Notes: generated by a model from the letters alone, not told the origin. A stretch of DNA of 64,000 nucleotides from an uncultured virus (IMG/VR IMGVR_UViG_3300031140_000597) (IMGVR_UViG_3300031140_000597:1-64000), one strand, 5' to 3'. Counted from the first letter of the stretch, positions 1 to 9,944 are shown. Numbers and translations are program-made.

Positions 1-2
1 TG

Positions 3-173
3 ATGAAATATACAGTAATTTACAGTGATGGTACTGAGCAAATGTTTTATATACGTGGAATGGCAGAGATGAATGCTCGCTTATATGACGGTCGTGTAGT
101 AGGCAAGCCTAAGTTAACATTAGTAACAGATGAACCATCGCAACCAATGCTTCCAGCATGGGTAGCAGCATAA
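3..173 (+). CDS. small hypothetical protein (56 aa, MKYTVIYSDG...)
   Basis: ATG at 3 to TAA at 171-173, read manually; below the ORF-track cutoff; could be 5'-truncated by the window edge. Confidence 0.5.
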   Translation: MKYTVIYSDGTEQMFYIRGMAEMNARLYDGRVVGKPKLTLVTDEPSQPMLPAWVAA

Positions 174-200
174 ATTGAAATAAAAGAGAGAGAGAGTATA

Positions 201-512
201 ATGAGAACTAAAGAAGAGATTTTAACAAATATTGAAGAAGTAATGACAAAGTATGTGACACCTAATGTTGCCGCACATGGTGGTAAGGTGAATGTACTAG
301 GATTTGATATGAACACTGGTATATTGAGTACCCAACTAAGTGGTAGTTGTAGTGGATGTGCGAGTAGTGCAGCAACGTTGAAGATGGGTATTGAGAATAC
401 ATTAATGCATTTTATCCCAGAGATTACAGAAGTTACGGGCGAAGATGATCCTAATTTCAACCAACCGTATTATTCCGATGATGGTGGTTATCCCGACTTC
501 AATGATTATTAA
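201..512 (+). CDS. NifU/NfuA C-terminal domain Fe-S cluster carrier
   Basis: V.P.VAAHGG.V and LSGSCSGCASSAATLKMGIE motif (CxxC) typical of Nfu domains. Confidence 0.9.
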   Translation: MRTKEEILTNIEEVMTKYVTPNVAAHGGKVNVLGFDMNTGILSTQLSGSCSGCASSAATLKMGIENTLMHFIPEITEVTGEDDPNFNQPYYSDDGGYPDFNDY

Positions 513-524
513 GTAGAGGTTAGT

Positions 525-788
525 ATGGACAGTAGAGTTGTCAATGGTCAAGTCTTAGATTACAGATACAAGAAAGTAGGCAACGATAAGTTTGTCTCAA
601 ATTTTTATCTTGATAATCATTTTATCGGTCAATTATTTCACATGCGCAACCGAACATGGTCATGTGTCGTGTGGCACAGTATGCCTACCGCACTATCTAG
701 TGTTAAAGGATTTAGCACTAGAGCAGATGCAGTTGAATACATGTTAGAGGCAACCGACTTAGAAGCATTAATAGCAGAGGAAATTTAA
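525..788 (+). CDS. hypothetical protein
   Basis: ORF with GAGG RBS, in operon context. Confidence 0.6.
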   Translation: MDSRVVNGQVLDYRYKKVGNDKFVSNFYLDNHFIGQLFHMRNRTWSCVVWHSMPTALSSVKGFSTRADAVEYMLEATDLEALIAEEI

Positions 789-789
789 A

Positions 790-1881
790 GTGACTACATT
801 ATATAAACGTGATACAAAAGGCAACGTAAGAAGTTGGGTCACAGAAGTTGAAGATGACCAATGGCGAACGGTGGCTGGTATTCATAATGGTACATTGGTT
901 ACATCGGGCTGGCGCAAGAGTGATGCAAAGAATGTAGGTAAGGCAAATGCAACTACAGGACATGAACAAGCACTTGCGGAAGCACTTGCAAAACATAATA
1001 AACAATTAGAGAAAGAGTATTTCACTAACATAGAAGATATTGATAATTTTCATTTGTTTAAACCTATGCTTGCTGCTGATTATGCTAAGTTAAAGAAGCC
1101 CGTACAGTTCCCAGTATACTCGCAACCTAAGTTAGATGGTATTCGTTGTATCGCACGCAGAGATGGTTTGTGGTCACGATCAGGTAAACAGCATATTTCC
1201 ATACCTCATATCTGGGAAGCATTAGCGCCATTATTTGAAGAGACGCCTGATCTAGTATTAGATGGTGAGTTATACAACCATGAACTCAAAGATGATTTCA
1301 ATAAGATTGTTTCATTGGTACGCAAAGCAAAGCCGAGTGCAGATGATTTAGTAGAATCAAAGAAGTTAGTTCAGTATCATGTATATGATATATATGAAGA
1401 AGATACATTTGAATCTAGGACGAGGTCATATCATGATGTTGTTAACATCTTGATTAACGATCAGTGCATTCAAGCAGTGCCTACTACTATTATTGATACA
1501 CAAGATCAATTGAATGATACCTATGGTGACTACCTAGAGAATGGGTATGAAGGTCAGATGGTTCGTCTTGATGGTCAATATGAGAACAAGCGGTCAAAGA
1601 ATTTATTGAAGCGTAAAGAGTTTGTTACAGATGAATTTGATGTAGTAGAAGTACTTGAAGGAAAAGGTAATTGGTCTGGTTGTGCAAAGAAGATTGTAAT
1701 TGCATTGTCAGATGGTACTACATCCGAAGCGGGTTGTCGTGGGACCCAAGCACAGATGGCAACGTTATTGAATGGTGATAAGCCTGATTGGGCAACGATT
1801 AGATACTTTGGGTTCACACCAGATGGTAAGTTGCGTTTTGGTGTAATGATTGATCATGGCTTTGGCGAAAGAAAAGATTGA
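790..1881 (+). CDS. lig: ATP-dependent DNA ligase
   Basis: KPMLA, QPKLDGIRC (adenylated Lys), LDGELY, YHVYD, GYEGQMVR, LLKRK motifs. Confidence 0.95.
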   Translation: MTTLYKRDTKGNVRSWVTEVEDDQWRTVAGIHNGTLVTSGWRKSDAKNVGKANATTGHEQALAEALAKHNKQLEKEYFTNIEDIDNFHLFKPMLAADYAKLKKPVQFPVYSQPKLDGIRCIARRDGLWSRSGKQHISIPHIWEALAPLFEETPDLVLDGELYNHELKDDFNKIVSLVRKAKPSADDLVESKKLVQYHVYDIYEEDTFESRTRSYHDVVNILINDQCIQAVPTTIIDTQDQLNDTYGDYLENGYEGQMVRLDGQYENKRSKNLLKRKEFVTDEFDVVEVLEGKGNWSGCAKKIVIALSDGTTSEAGCRGTQAQMATLLNGDKPDWATIRYFGFTPDGKLRFGVMIDHGFGERKD

Positions 1882-1887
1882 GGTAAT

Positions 1888-2070
1888 ATGAGATATAGTA
1901 ATCCGTGGAATGGTGGTAGTCAATTCTATAAAGGTAAACATAAAAGTCTTCCTATTGCTGAAAATGATAAAGAATATCAAGAGTATTGTAAAAGGAAAAA
2001 GAACAAAGACAAGTTATTGGATTATAAAGAGTGGTGTTTAAATCAACGCCGTGATCATGGAATGTTTTAG
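1888..2070 (+). CDS. hypothetical protein
   Basis: GAGG RBS, 60 aa ORF directly after ligase. Confidence 0.5.
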   Translation: MRYSNPWNGGSQFYKGKHKSLPIAENDKEYQEYCKRKKNKDKLLDYKEWCLNQRRDHGMF

Positions 2071-2087
2071 TGATCTTAAATTAACTA

Positions 2088-2117
2088 TTGACAAGTAAGG
2101 TATATTGGTGGTATAAT
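2088..2117 (+). promoter_or_regulatory. sigma70-type early promoter
   Basis: TTGACA-N18-TATAAT upstream of denV. Confidence 0.65.
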
Positions 2118-2140
2118 AGTTTTATAAATTAATTATTGGA

Positions 2141-2557
2141 ATGATAATGACGCGTATTAATCTTGTACCACCTAGTGAGTTAGCCGATCAGCATTTAGTT
2201 GCAGAGTATAGAGAAATCTTTATGGTCGGTTCATCGTTACAGCGTTCAATCGTTAGTAAGAATTGGACAACAACTAAAGTAACACTGCCTAAGATATTCA
2301 CTTTGAATACAGGTCATGTCAAGTTCTTTTATGATAAGGGTAAGTATCTATCAGATAGGTACGATGATATTCGTGTAGAAATGATTTTGCGTGGAATGAA
2401 TCCTGATCCTGCTAGAGTATTTAAATCATGGCAGTTCCCAACCGAACTATACAAGTCTTACACACCTACACCAGATGCGCTAGACATTATACGTGAGCGC
2501 ATTGCATATCGTATTAGCGAGAAGCCAACTTGGTATCGTTGGAGTCCTCATATTTAA
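2141..2557 (+). CDS. denV: pyrimidine dimer DNA glycosylase / endonuclease V
   Basis: MTRINLV..ELADQHLVAEYRE, FTLNTGHVKFFYDK, KP.WYR closely match T4 DenV; true start probably MTRIN at 2147. Confidence 0.95.
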   Translation: MIMTRINLVPPSELADQHLVAEYREIFMVGSSLQRSIVSKNWTTTKVTLPKIFTLNTGHVKFFYDKGKYLSDRYDDIRVEMILRGMNPDPARVFKSWQFPTELYKSYTPTPDALDIIRERIAYRISEKPTWYRWSPHI

Positions 2558-2562
2558 GAGAG

Positions 2563-2570
2563 TATAAATA
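2563..2570 (+). promoter_or_regulatory. T4-like late promoter TATAAATA
   Basis: TATAAATA followed by AGGA RBS; same leader repeated at 5191. Confidence 0.7.
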
Positions 2571-2595
2571 GTCGTATACAAGGAAGAGCTTAATA

Positions 2596-3117
2596 ATGAT
2601 TACAAAAGAAATATCAACATGTTCACCTGAATTAATTAATTTCATAAAACAATGCGTCGACAGAGACTATAAAAACAATATATCTTTAAAGCATATGAAA
2701 TTTGAATGGTGCATAGATCAAGGTGGTCAGTGGTATGCTACACACGATACCAATGGTGAAATTATAAGTGTTAGTGGCATTCATCCATTCAAAGATGGAT
2801 ATCGTGCGTTGTTTAGAGGTGCACAACTACAGTCTCGTCCAATCAAGGGACTTAGCAGATACCAAATGCAAAGTTGGGGAATATATGATCATTTACCATT
2901 GCAGATACAATTTGCAAACGGTAAACCTATATATATCACTACCAATGTAAGCAACGATGAAAGTGGAAGAATGAATAGAATACATAAGAGTTTTGCAGTG
3001 ATGGCTAAAGGCGACATGGTTGAATACGTGGGTGATGAAGAACTATTTTATGTGAAACAAAGTGTTTGGAAACTAAACAACGATAAATATTTTGAAATAA
3101 GGAGTAGATATGCATAA
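2596..3117 (+). CDS. hypothetical protein, possibly GNAT-like fold
   Basis: 173 aa ORF; GEIISVSGIH..YRALFR pattern loosely acetyltransferase-like. Confidence 0.5.
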   Translation: MITKEISTCSPELINFIKQCVDRDYKNNISLKHMKFEWCIDQGGQWYATHDTNGEIISVSGIHPFKDGYRALFRGAQLQSRPIKGLSRYQMQSWGIYDHLPLQIQFANGKPIYITTNVSNDESGRMNRIHKSFAVMAKGDMVEYVGDEELFYVKQSVWKLNNDKYFEIRSRYA

Positions 3118-4192
3118 CATGTATAACGTAATAGGCGCAGGAACAACAGGATGGATTGCATGTTTATACTTGTTAAAAGCAGATAAACCAGTTACTCTCT
3201 ATAAAGATCCTAGCGTAGATATTCGCAAGGTTGGTGAAAGCACAGTACCTACAATAAATGAAATACCTCGTCTTATGGGCATGAGTGATCAGGAATTCTT
3301 AAATAGAGTAAATGGTTATTTCAAATACGGAACAATGTTTAGTGGATGGAAAGATGCGAACAGTTGGATGTATTTTTTTGCCAATGAGCCAGACAGTACA
3401 ACAACTGATAGACATCAAACATATGCATATCACATAGACGCACCTGGATTCTGCGAAGTGCTACAAGAATGGTGTGAGCAACAAGATAATTTTAGAATTA
3501 TAAATTCTAAGTTTACAAAAGATCAGTATACTAAAGAAGAATTTTATATTGATGCAACTGGACAAAATGGAGTGCTATCAGAACAAGTTGGGATTGTGCA
3601 TAATACAAGTGATTTCCTAATAAATGATTATGCTGTAATAGGAAACGACAAAACAAGTTACGTGCCTTATACACATTCACAGACAATGAGCAACGGGTGG
3701 TTATGGAGTATTAGTTTACAGTCGCGAATGAGTCATGGGTATGTATTTAGTTCACAATATCAAACGGTTGAAGATGCTATTGCAGAGTTCGAAAAGTACA
3801 CAGGTATAAAGCATGAAACTGTAATAAATTTTGAGACCCGCATTCCAGAACAAGCATGGAAAGATAATGTATTGTTCTTAGGACTCAGTGCAGGATTTAT
3901 TGAACCATTGAATGCTACAGCAAACTTTGCAGCACAAAGTGGAATAAAAAACTTTTTACTACTAGAAGATAACCCAGCAATTTATAATAGATTGATTAAC
4001 AAAACATATAATGGTATACACAAATGGATTAAAGCATTATATAGTTGTAATACATGCACTGGAGAATATTGGGATTATTATAAAACTAATCGCGAACAAG
4101 CAATAAAGGATATAGATTTTTACAGCGAGGAAGGACATCAAGGTTTGATGGGCAAGCACAGTTGGAATTTACTGAAAGAGAACATGCTATGA
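3110..4192 (+). CDS. tryptophan halogenase-like flavin-dependent enzyme
   Basis: IGAGTTGW Rossmann motif, VGESTVP, FKYG..F.GW, AYHIDA, FYIDATG, GWLWSI.L, GLSAGFIEPL. Confidence 0.88.
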   Translation: MHNMYNVIGAGTTGWIACLYLLKADKPVTLYKDPSVDIRKVGESTVPTINEIPRLMGMSDQEFLNRVNGYFKYGTMFSGWKDANSWMYFFANEPDSTTTDRHQTYAYHIDAPGFCEVLQEWCEQQDNFRIINSKFTKDQYTKEEFYIDATGQNGVLSEQVGIVHNTSDFLINDYAVIGNDKTSYVPYTHSQTMSNGWLWSISLQSRMSHGYVFSSQYQTVEDAIAEFEKYTGIKHETVINFETRIPEQAWKDNVLFLGLSAGFIEPLNATANFAAQSGIKNFLLLEDNPAIYNRLINKTYNGIHKWIKALYSCNTCTGEYWDYYKTNREQAIKDIDFYSEEGHQGLMGKHSWNLLKENML

Positions 4193-4479
4193 AAGGTTGG
4201 TTTAGTTGGAATCATTTAAGAATGGCAGAATATTATAATGGAGGATTGCGTAAAAATGGCGTAGTACTTTATTTTAAACATATGTATACTGGATTTAGAG
4301 AGGCGGGTAAGCAGTTGCTTATGGCATGTGCTAGTATCATACATGCAATATTCCCTCCATTATTTGATTTTAAACTACTTGAAGTAGTTATCGATCAAAC
4401 AATTGGACTACATAGATTCCTACCGAACCACCCACTTTGGAAAAAACTAAAAGATGAACTTGATTCAGATACTAAATGA
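4189..4479 (+). CDS. small protein resembling DUF6356 family
   Basis: Y.KHM...F......L...ASIIHAIFPPLF pattern; ATG at 4189 overlaps the upstream stop. Confidence 0.55.
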   Translation: MKGWFSWNHLRMAEYYNGGLRKNGVVLYFKHMYTGFREAGKQLLMACASIIHAIFPPLFDFKLLEVVIDQTIGLHRFLPNHPLWKKLKDELDSDTK

Positions 4480-4503
4480 AGGTTGTACGAGACGAATTAA
4501 AAG

Positions 4504-5190
4504 ATGATTGACTTTGACAGATGCTTACACGAAGGATATATGATGTTTAGCAGTGGATCAACTGGTCCACCAAAGAAGTTGTGGCAAAGTCCGCGAAAGA
4601 TTAGCATATCTAATGTACTAGCCAGAAATACACAAAGTATTGACTATAAAAGTAGAATATATACTGTATGCAAGTTAGAACATGCGGGTGGGTTACTAGC
4701 GCAAACACTTCCAGCACACGAAATAGGTGCGTACGTAGAGTTTGAAACGTTTAACGCACGAACATGGTGTGACAAAATGGAAACATTTACACACAGTCAT
4801 TTGACCCCTAAAATGGCAAGAGTGCTGACAAAGACAAAGCAGTGGAAAGCAGTAGATTTGTATGGAAAGATTATTGTATGCGGAAGCGACAGAGTGCCTG
4901 CTAGTACTGTAAATGCGTTTACTGAAAAAGGTGCAACATTTATTGTTAATTGGGGAATGACGGAAATTGGTCCAGTGGTCATTAACAAGACATATCGCCC
5001 AGGCGACATTGCAGAAGATTACAATGGACTAACTGTATTAGGTGATACGTTTAATTGCGAATACTTTGTAAGCGACGATGAATTAGTAGTAAAAAGCAAT
5101 GCGTGCATTCATGACGGATGGTTTCACACTGGAGACCTGGTCAAAGTAGTAGATGGAATAATGTATTATATTGGACGAAAAGATGCGTAA
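4504..5190 (+). CDS. truncated AMP-binding (ANL superfamily) adenylating enzyme
   Basis: FSSGSTGPPK P-loop, HAGG, WGMTEIGP, WFHTGDL, YYIGRKD motifs; only 228 aa. Confidence 0.85.
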   Translation: MIDFDRCLHEGYMMFSSGSTGPPKKLWQSPRKISISNVLARNTQSIDYKSRIYTVCKLEHAGGLLAQTLPAHEIGAYVEFETFNARTWCDKMETFTHSHLTPKMARVLTKTKQWKAVDLYGKIIVCGSDRVPASTVNAFTEKGATFIVNWGMTEIGPVVINKTYRPGDIAEDYNGLTVLGDTFNCEYFVSDDELVVKSNACIHDGWFHTGDLVKVVDGIMYYIGRKDA

Positions 5191-5198
5191 TATAAATA
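5191..5198 (+). promoter_or_regulatory. T4-like late promoter TATAAATA
   Basis: TATAAATA plus GAGGA RBS before the carbamoyltransferase. Confidence 0.7.
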
Positions 5199-5219
5199 GT
5201 CGCATACGAGGAATTAATA

Positions 5220-6746
5220 ATGATTAGATGGGGGATTTGTGCAGGGAGTCATGATGCTGCTTTGGCTGTATTTGACGGAACAAAATTACTATTCGCAGCA
5301 CACAGTGAGCGATCAAGTGGTATCAAGAACGACAAACTATTGAATGATGAAATAATCAGTCAAGCATTATTGTTAGGTGATCCGAAAGAAGTTCATTGGT
5401 ATGAGAACGATTTTACCAAGCGATTACGTCAGATCAAAGCGGGTCAGTACAAGACTGCATTCACTAAAGAAACCCCGATAACAACTCTGCGCGATTTAGG
5501 TATCGATACTACATTATTCCCCAACGTAGATCCGTTCACTACTCGCACAATGACCTATCATCCACATCACAGAAGTCACGCAGCCGCAGGCTATTACACC
5601 TCTCCTTATGATGATGCTGCTGTATTAGTAATTGATTCTATTGGTGAATTTGAGACACTAACAGTTTGGCATGGCGAAGGTGATAAATTAACAAAGAAAT
5701 TTAGTCAATCATATCCAAATAGTATTGGATTATGGTATAGCGCAATGACTCAGAGAATTGGTTTAAAGCCAAACGAAGATGAGTATATCTTAATGGGATG
5801 GGCAGCAATTGGTGACTCAGCCAAATACTTTTATGATATATTGAATGACTTCTTTGAGCCGTTAGAGTATGGTTCGTTGAATATAAAATTCAAACAGAAC
5901 TTACATAGAGGTTGTCGACAGTGGCGTCCTGACTTAAATACAGTACAAGATTACGCAGACATAGCCGCATCAACGCAGGCAGTGTATGAGCATGTATTCA
6001 AACATTTATTGGTTGAGACATCGCTGTTGATTAAATCAGATAACATTGTGCTTATGGGTGGCTGTGCATTAAATTGCGTTGCTAATAGTATTGCACATAA
6101 GTTTTATGATGGTGTATGGATAATGCCTAATCCGGGTGATGCAGGTAGTGCTATTGGTTGTGTATTAGATCATTTGCGTACACATGTTGAATGGAATAGT
6201 CCTTACTTGGGATATAATATTGCTGGTGATTACCCAGTGAAAGCAGCGATGAAAGAATTGACAACGATTGGTATGGTTGGCGTAGCGAGTGGTAGAGCAG
6301 AGTTCGGTCCTAGAGCATTGGGTAATAGAAGTTTGTTAGCAGATCCTCGTGGAAGTGAAATGCAAGATTTGGTTAACACAGTGAAGCAGCGACAGGCATT
6401 CAGACCATTTGCACCTGTGATTATGGAAGAGCATTTGCATGATTACTTTGAAATGCCACAAGGCTGTAACACGAGTCCGTATATGCAATTCGTTGGTGTG
6501 TGTAAGCGCCCAGATTTGTTTCCTGCTATATCACATTATGATAATACTAGTAGAGTACAGACAGTGACACGAGAGCAGCATCCGGGATTGTATTCATTGT
6601 TAGAAAAATGGTATGAAGAGACAGGATGCCCGATGTTGTTGAATACAAGTTTGAATATTAAAGGTGAACCAATGGTTGACACCGAAACTGACGCATTGCG
6701 TTGGACTGAAAAGTATAATGTAAAGGTGGTAACGAAAGATGTTTAA
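5220..6746 (+). CDS. carbamoyltransferase (CmcH/NodU/TobZ family)
   Basis: HDAA, HH.SHAAAGYY, DSIGE, GGCALNC, PGDAG, GRAEFGPRALGNRS, FRPFAP, LLNTSLN. Confidence 0.95.
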   Translation: MIRWGICAGSHDAALAVFDGTKLLFAAHSERSSGIKNDKLLNDEIISQALLLGDPKEVHWYENDFTKRLRQIKAGQYKTAFTKETPITTLRDLGIDTTLFPNVDPFTTRTMTYHPHHRSHAAAGYYTSPYDDAAVLVIDSIGEFETLTVWHGEGDKLTKKFSQSYPNSIGLWYSAMTQRIGLKPNEDEYILMGWAAIGDSAKYFYDILNDFFEPLEYGSLNIKFKQNLHRGCRQWRPDLNTVQDYADIAASTQAVYEHVFKHLLVETSLLIKSDNIVLMGGCALNCVANSIAHKFYDGVWIMPNPGDAGSAIGCVLDHLRTHVEWNSPYLGYNIAGDYPVKAAMKELTTIGMVGVASGRAEFGPRALGNRSLLADPRGSEMQDLVNTVKQRQAFRPFAPVIMEEHLHDYFEMPQGCNTSPYMQFVGVCKRPDLFPAISHYDNTSRVQTVTREQHPGLYSLLEKWYEETGCPMLLNTSLNIKGEPMVDTETDALRWTEKYNVKVVTKDV

Positions 6747-6852
6747 TCCAGTTAAGTGGGTAAAAAGAAAACTAGCAGAGCGTAAGTATAAGAAGCGTAT
6801 GGAAGCGAAGTTAAAGAAATTGCAAGAGCAAGATCCGTATATATACGACTAA
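6739..6852 (+). CDS. small basic hypothetical protein (MFNPVKWVKRK...QDPYIYD, 37 aa)
   Basis: ATG overlaps the carbamoyltransferase end; read manually. Confidence 0.6.
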   Translation: MFNPVKWVKRKLAERKYKKRMEAKLKKLQEQDPYIYD

Positions 6853-6863
6853 TAGGTAAGACA

Positions 6864-7115
6864 ATCAAAATATTAATATGTGGCTTGCCCGGAAGTGGCA
6901 AGTCAACAGTCAACAAGAATATCATTGAAGCATTGTCTGTTGCAGGTTATACAATTGATGAAGAATATATGATACAATGGATGCCAAACATCGTAGACAT
7001 TAGTTACGGACGAGGTGTTGGTTATACATTCACACAGCATGACTTGGGTGCAGAGATGCATGACATTAGTGCTACGAAGATCCGTGCTAAGATGCGCGAA
7101 GAAGGAAGTCTTTGA
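6864..7115 (+). pseudogene. chimeric remnant: APS-kinase-like P-loop N-terminus fused to the C-terminus of a cytidylyltransferase/ATP-sulfurylase-like protein
   Basis: IKILICGLPGSGKST (ATC where ATG is expected after GGTAAG) runs directly into ...PNIVDISYGRGVGYTFT.HDLG.EMHDISATKIR; central domains absent. Confidence 0.55.
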
Positions 7116-7534
7116 AGTATAGAATCAAGCGTTGGAATTCGTTGATAGACTTCCGTGATTATCTAGTAAAATCAAAGTCAGAGATAGTTGTTGATTTTAA
7201 TGGACATACGTTGGTAACTGATCAAGGTCGTTATGGTCTTGCATTTGGTATTTTAACATTCCAAGAAGAACTAATCGTTATTAAGAAACCACCAGTTAAG
7301 AAAGCAACAGTTAAGAAAGCGGTAGTTAAAAAAGCGGTAGTTAAAAAAGCGACAGTTAAGAAAGCAACAGTTAAGAAAGCGGTAGTTAAAAAAGCGGTAG
7401 TTAAAAAAGCACCAGTAAAGAAAGCAGTTGCAAAGAAAGCAGTTGTTAAGAAAGCACCAGTAAAGAAAGCAGTTGTTAAGAAAGCACCAGTAAAGAAAGC
7501 AGTTGTTAAGAAAGTGGTAATTAAAACCAAATAA
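7112..7534 (+). CDS. protein with histone H1-like Lys/Ala/Val-rich C-terminal tail
   Basis: about 15 KKA(V/T/P)V pentapeptide repeats; TTG start. Confidence 0.75.
   Translation: MKYRIKRWNSLIDFRDYLVKSKSEIVVDFNGHTLVTDQGRYGLAFGILTFQEELIVIKKPPVKKATVKKAVVKKAVVKKATVKKATVKKAVVKKAVVKKAPVKKAVAKKAVVKKAPVKKAVVKKAPVKKAVVKKVVIKTK
7283..7520 (+). repeat. 15-nt coding tandem repeat (AAGAAAGCAGTTGTT-like)
   Basis: directly visible; encodes KKAVV. Confidence 0.9.
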
Positions 7535-7594
7535 AACATCTTGCATAAATCATAAAATAATGATATAATAATTGAGAGATGACAGAGATTATAC

Positions 7595-8578
7595 ATGAGA
7601 AAAATACCGAAACAAGATGACATTAAGTACTTCTACAAGCGACTCGATCAGCAAGACATAATTAATAAAGTACCTAAAGGTGATTACATTGCTGTATTTG
7701 GCACAAGTCATACATATGGATTATGTGACCGTGGCGAAGATGGCAGAGATGGAGATTTATTAGATGAAGACGGTATGTGGGTGTTTTCATTAGGTAAGAA
7801 GTTGGGAATAGAAGTATTTAACGTATCTATGCCTGGCAATTACAATATTAATATGGTACGTCAGATGACAGACTTTTTTGAATTACCAAAAGAAGTAATT
7901 TCACGTTGTAAATTAATAATCGCAGAACCACGAGTGGGTGATACCGCTGGTATTATGTGTACCGATGTGATTGAAGAACTTGATGTATCTGTAAAAGAGT
8001 TAAATCAAGTACTCACAAATAGTTATGCATTTAATGTGTTGAACAAAAAGCAATACATATGGGAAACTAATGTGTACGCGCAGTTTACTAACCCAGCCAG
8101 TCAGAATATGACGACAGAAGATTATGCACGACGATTAATAGGAAATGTGGGACACTATGAAGATGATATACCGCCGCCATCTGTACTAAAGAATGTGACA
8201 AACTATATAGATCATCATACGCGTACTTCTGCTATTTCAATTTCTTCCCTACTGAGGGACTATGAGAATATCCGAACAATGAAGCAATTTGCAAGTATGG
8301 CAAATATACCGTTTATGTGGTTTTGTTTTGATAGTCAAAACATACTAGACGATGAAGAAGTTGCTTTATGTGAAAAAATATATACAGAGACTTCGACTAT
8401 ATTTGATGCTCGCATATCAAAATTGGAACTTGGCGTAGTAGATGAATATGAACTAAGATTTGGCGAAGATGCATTATATGGAGAGCAATGTAATTGTGGT
8501 CATTTTAGCGAAGTAGTAAATAATTGGGTGAGTAACATGGTACATAAACAGATAATTGAACTAGGATATGAACTATGA
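7595..8578 (+). CDS. hypothetical protein, SGNH/GDSL hydrolase-like
   Basis: IAVFGTSHTYG block-I-like motif, N.SMPG..N, C-terminal GHF. Confidence 0.5.
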   Translation: MRKIPKQDDIKYFYKRLDQQDIINKVPKGDYIAVFGTSHTYGLCDRGEDGRDGDLLDEDGMWVFSLGKKLGIEVFNVSMPGNYNINMVRQMTDFFELPKEVISRCKLIIAEPRVGDTAGIMCTDVIEELDVSVKELNQVLTNSYAFNVLNKKQYIWETNVYAQFTNPASQNMTTEDYARRLIGNVGHYEDDIPPPSVLKNVTNYIDHHTRTSAISISSLLRDYENIRTMKQFASMANIPFMWFCFDSQNILDDEEVALCEKIYTETSTIFDARISKLELGVVDEYELRFGEDALYGEQCNCGHFSEVVNNWVSNMVHKQIIELGYEL

Positions 8579-9249
8579 ATTTGAAAATACTAAACGAGTT
8601 AGATAGAATACTAAAAAACAATCCAACATTGGTTTCAAACGATCAGAGTTTGTGTCAAGTTATTAATGGGGTATTTAATATCTCATTAGCATCAGTCGAT
8701 GGGAGCAATGTCTATAAGTTGGCAGATACGATTGATGATGCTGTGCTACACAATTACTTTTCCAATGTTTGGCAAGCAGAAACAAAGAAATACAAGTACA
8801 GTGGATTAAGTATCATTGATGAAGTTAATGCATTGAAGCCTCGTAAGGTGATTGACTTGGGGTGTGGATATAATGAATTCAAAGGTAAGATTGACAACTT
8901 GATTGGAGTTGATCCGTATAATAAAAAAGCAGATATTACTTCATCTATTTTAGGTTATAAGACTAGTGAAAAGTTTGATGTTGCTATCTGTTTAGGTAGT
9001 ATTAATTTTGGTAGTTCAGATAAAATAATTGCTGAATTGGCATCGGCGGTCAATCTAGTTACCGATGGTGGGTTGTTATATTTCAGAGTGAATCCGGGAA
9101 CACAGCACGAAGCACCAGAAAGCAAGTGGATTAATTTCTACGATTGGGACCCAGTATTCGTATCGAATATAGCACAACATTTAGACTGTGAGTTGTTAAC
9201 ATTGCGTCAAGACTTGAATCGATTGTACTTTGTAATGAAGAAGCGATAA
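8575..9249 (+). CDS. class I SAM-dependent methyltransferase
   Basis: VIDLGCG, LIGVDPY, KFDVAICLGSINF. Confidence 0.8.
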   Translation: MNLKILNELDRILKNNPTLVSNDQSLCQVINGVFNISLASVDGSNVYKLADTIDDAVLHNYFSNVWQAETKKYKYSGLSIIDEVNALKPRKVIDLGCGYNEFKGKIDNLIGVDPYNKKADITSSILGYKTSEKFDVAICLGSINFGSSDKIIAELASAVNLVTDGGLLYFRVNPGTQHEAPESKWINFYDWDPVFVSNIAQHLDCELLTLRQDLNRLYFVMKKR

Positions 9250-9944
9250 TGATTTTACATATACCACATTCATCTACCTATATTCCATTGGATATAGAAT
9301 TTGATAAAAAAGATGTAAGTGATGATATTCAGCGAATGACTGATTGGCACACTGATGATTTATTTGATTGTGAGCATACTATTGTTAAATTAGAAGTTAG
9401 TCGATTGATATGCGATGTTGAACGCTTCATTGAGAATGAAGAAATGGATGCAGTGGGTATGGGAATATGTTATACGACTGATTCGTTTGGTGCACCGTTA
9501 AGGGCAGTGTCAGATGAAGAGAAAGATCGTATTGTAAATCAATATTACATTCCGCATCATGCGAAATTGTACGAGTCTGTAAGAGATGAATTAGAAGAAA
9601 ATGGACAAGTCATGATTGTAGACTGTCATAGTTTTTCTAATGAGCAATTACCTCATGAACCATCTGGTGAACGACCTGATTTTTGTATAGGTACTGATTC
9701 GTATCATACACCAGTGTCATTGATTGTAAGATTGCAGGAAGAATTGAAGATACTTGGTTACACTAGCGTAGTGAACGAACCATTTGCTGGTACAATTGTA
9801 CCGATGGAGTATTATCATACAAATGATAATGTGAAATCAATAATGATTGAAGTTAATAGATCATTGTATATGAAGAACAGTTCTGAATATGCAAAGATGA
9901 AAGGAATAATCACCAATTTGATAAATATTATCAATAAGTATTAA
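9249..9944 (+). CDS. N-formylglutamate amidohydrolase family protein
   Basis: LHIPHSS, TDWHTD, SRLICDVERF, Y.PHH, DCHSF, PDFCIG, NEPFAG, SIMIEVNR. Confidence 0.9.
   Translation: MILHIPHSSTYIPLDIEFDKKDVSDDIQRMTDWHTDDLFDCEHTIVKLEVSRLICDVERFIENEEMDAVGMGICYTTDSFGAPLRAVSDEEKDRIVNQYYIPHHAKLYESVRDELEENGQVMIVDCHSFSNEQLPHEPSGERPDFCIGTDSYHTPVSLIVRLQEELKILGYTSVVNEPFAGTIVPMEYYHTNDNVKSIMIEVNRSLYMKNSSEYAKMKGIITNLINIINKY

Noticed and set aside
7231..7623. Minus-strand ORFs with FLTTA / NCFLYWC repeats
   Set aside because: Antisense shadows of the KKAVV coding repeat; no RBS or promoter, and all credible genes are on +.
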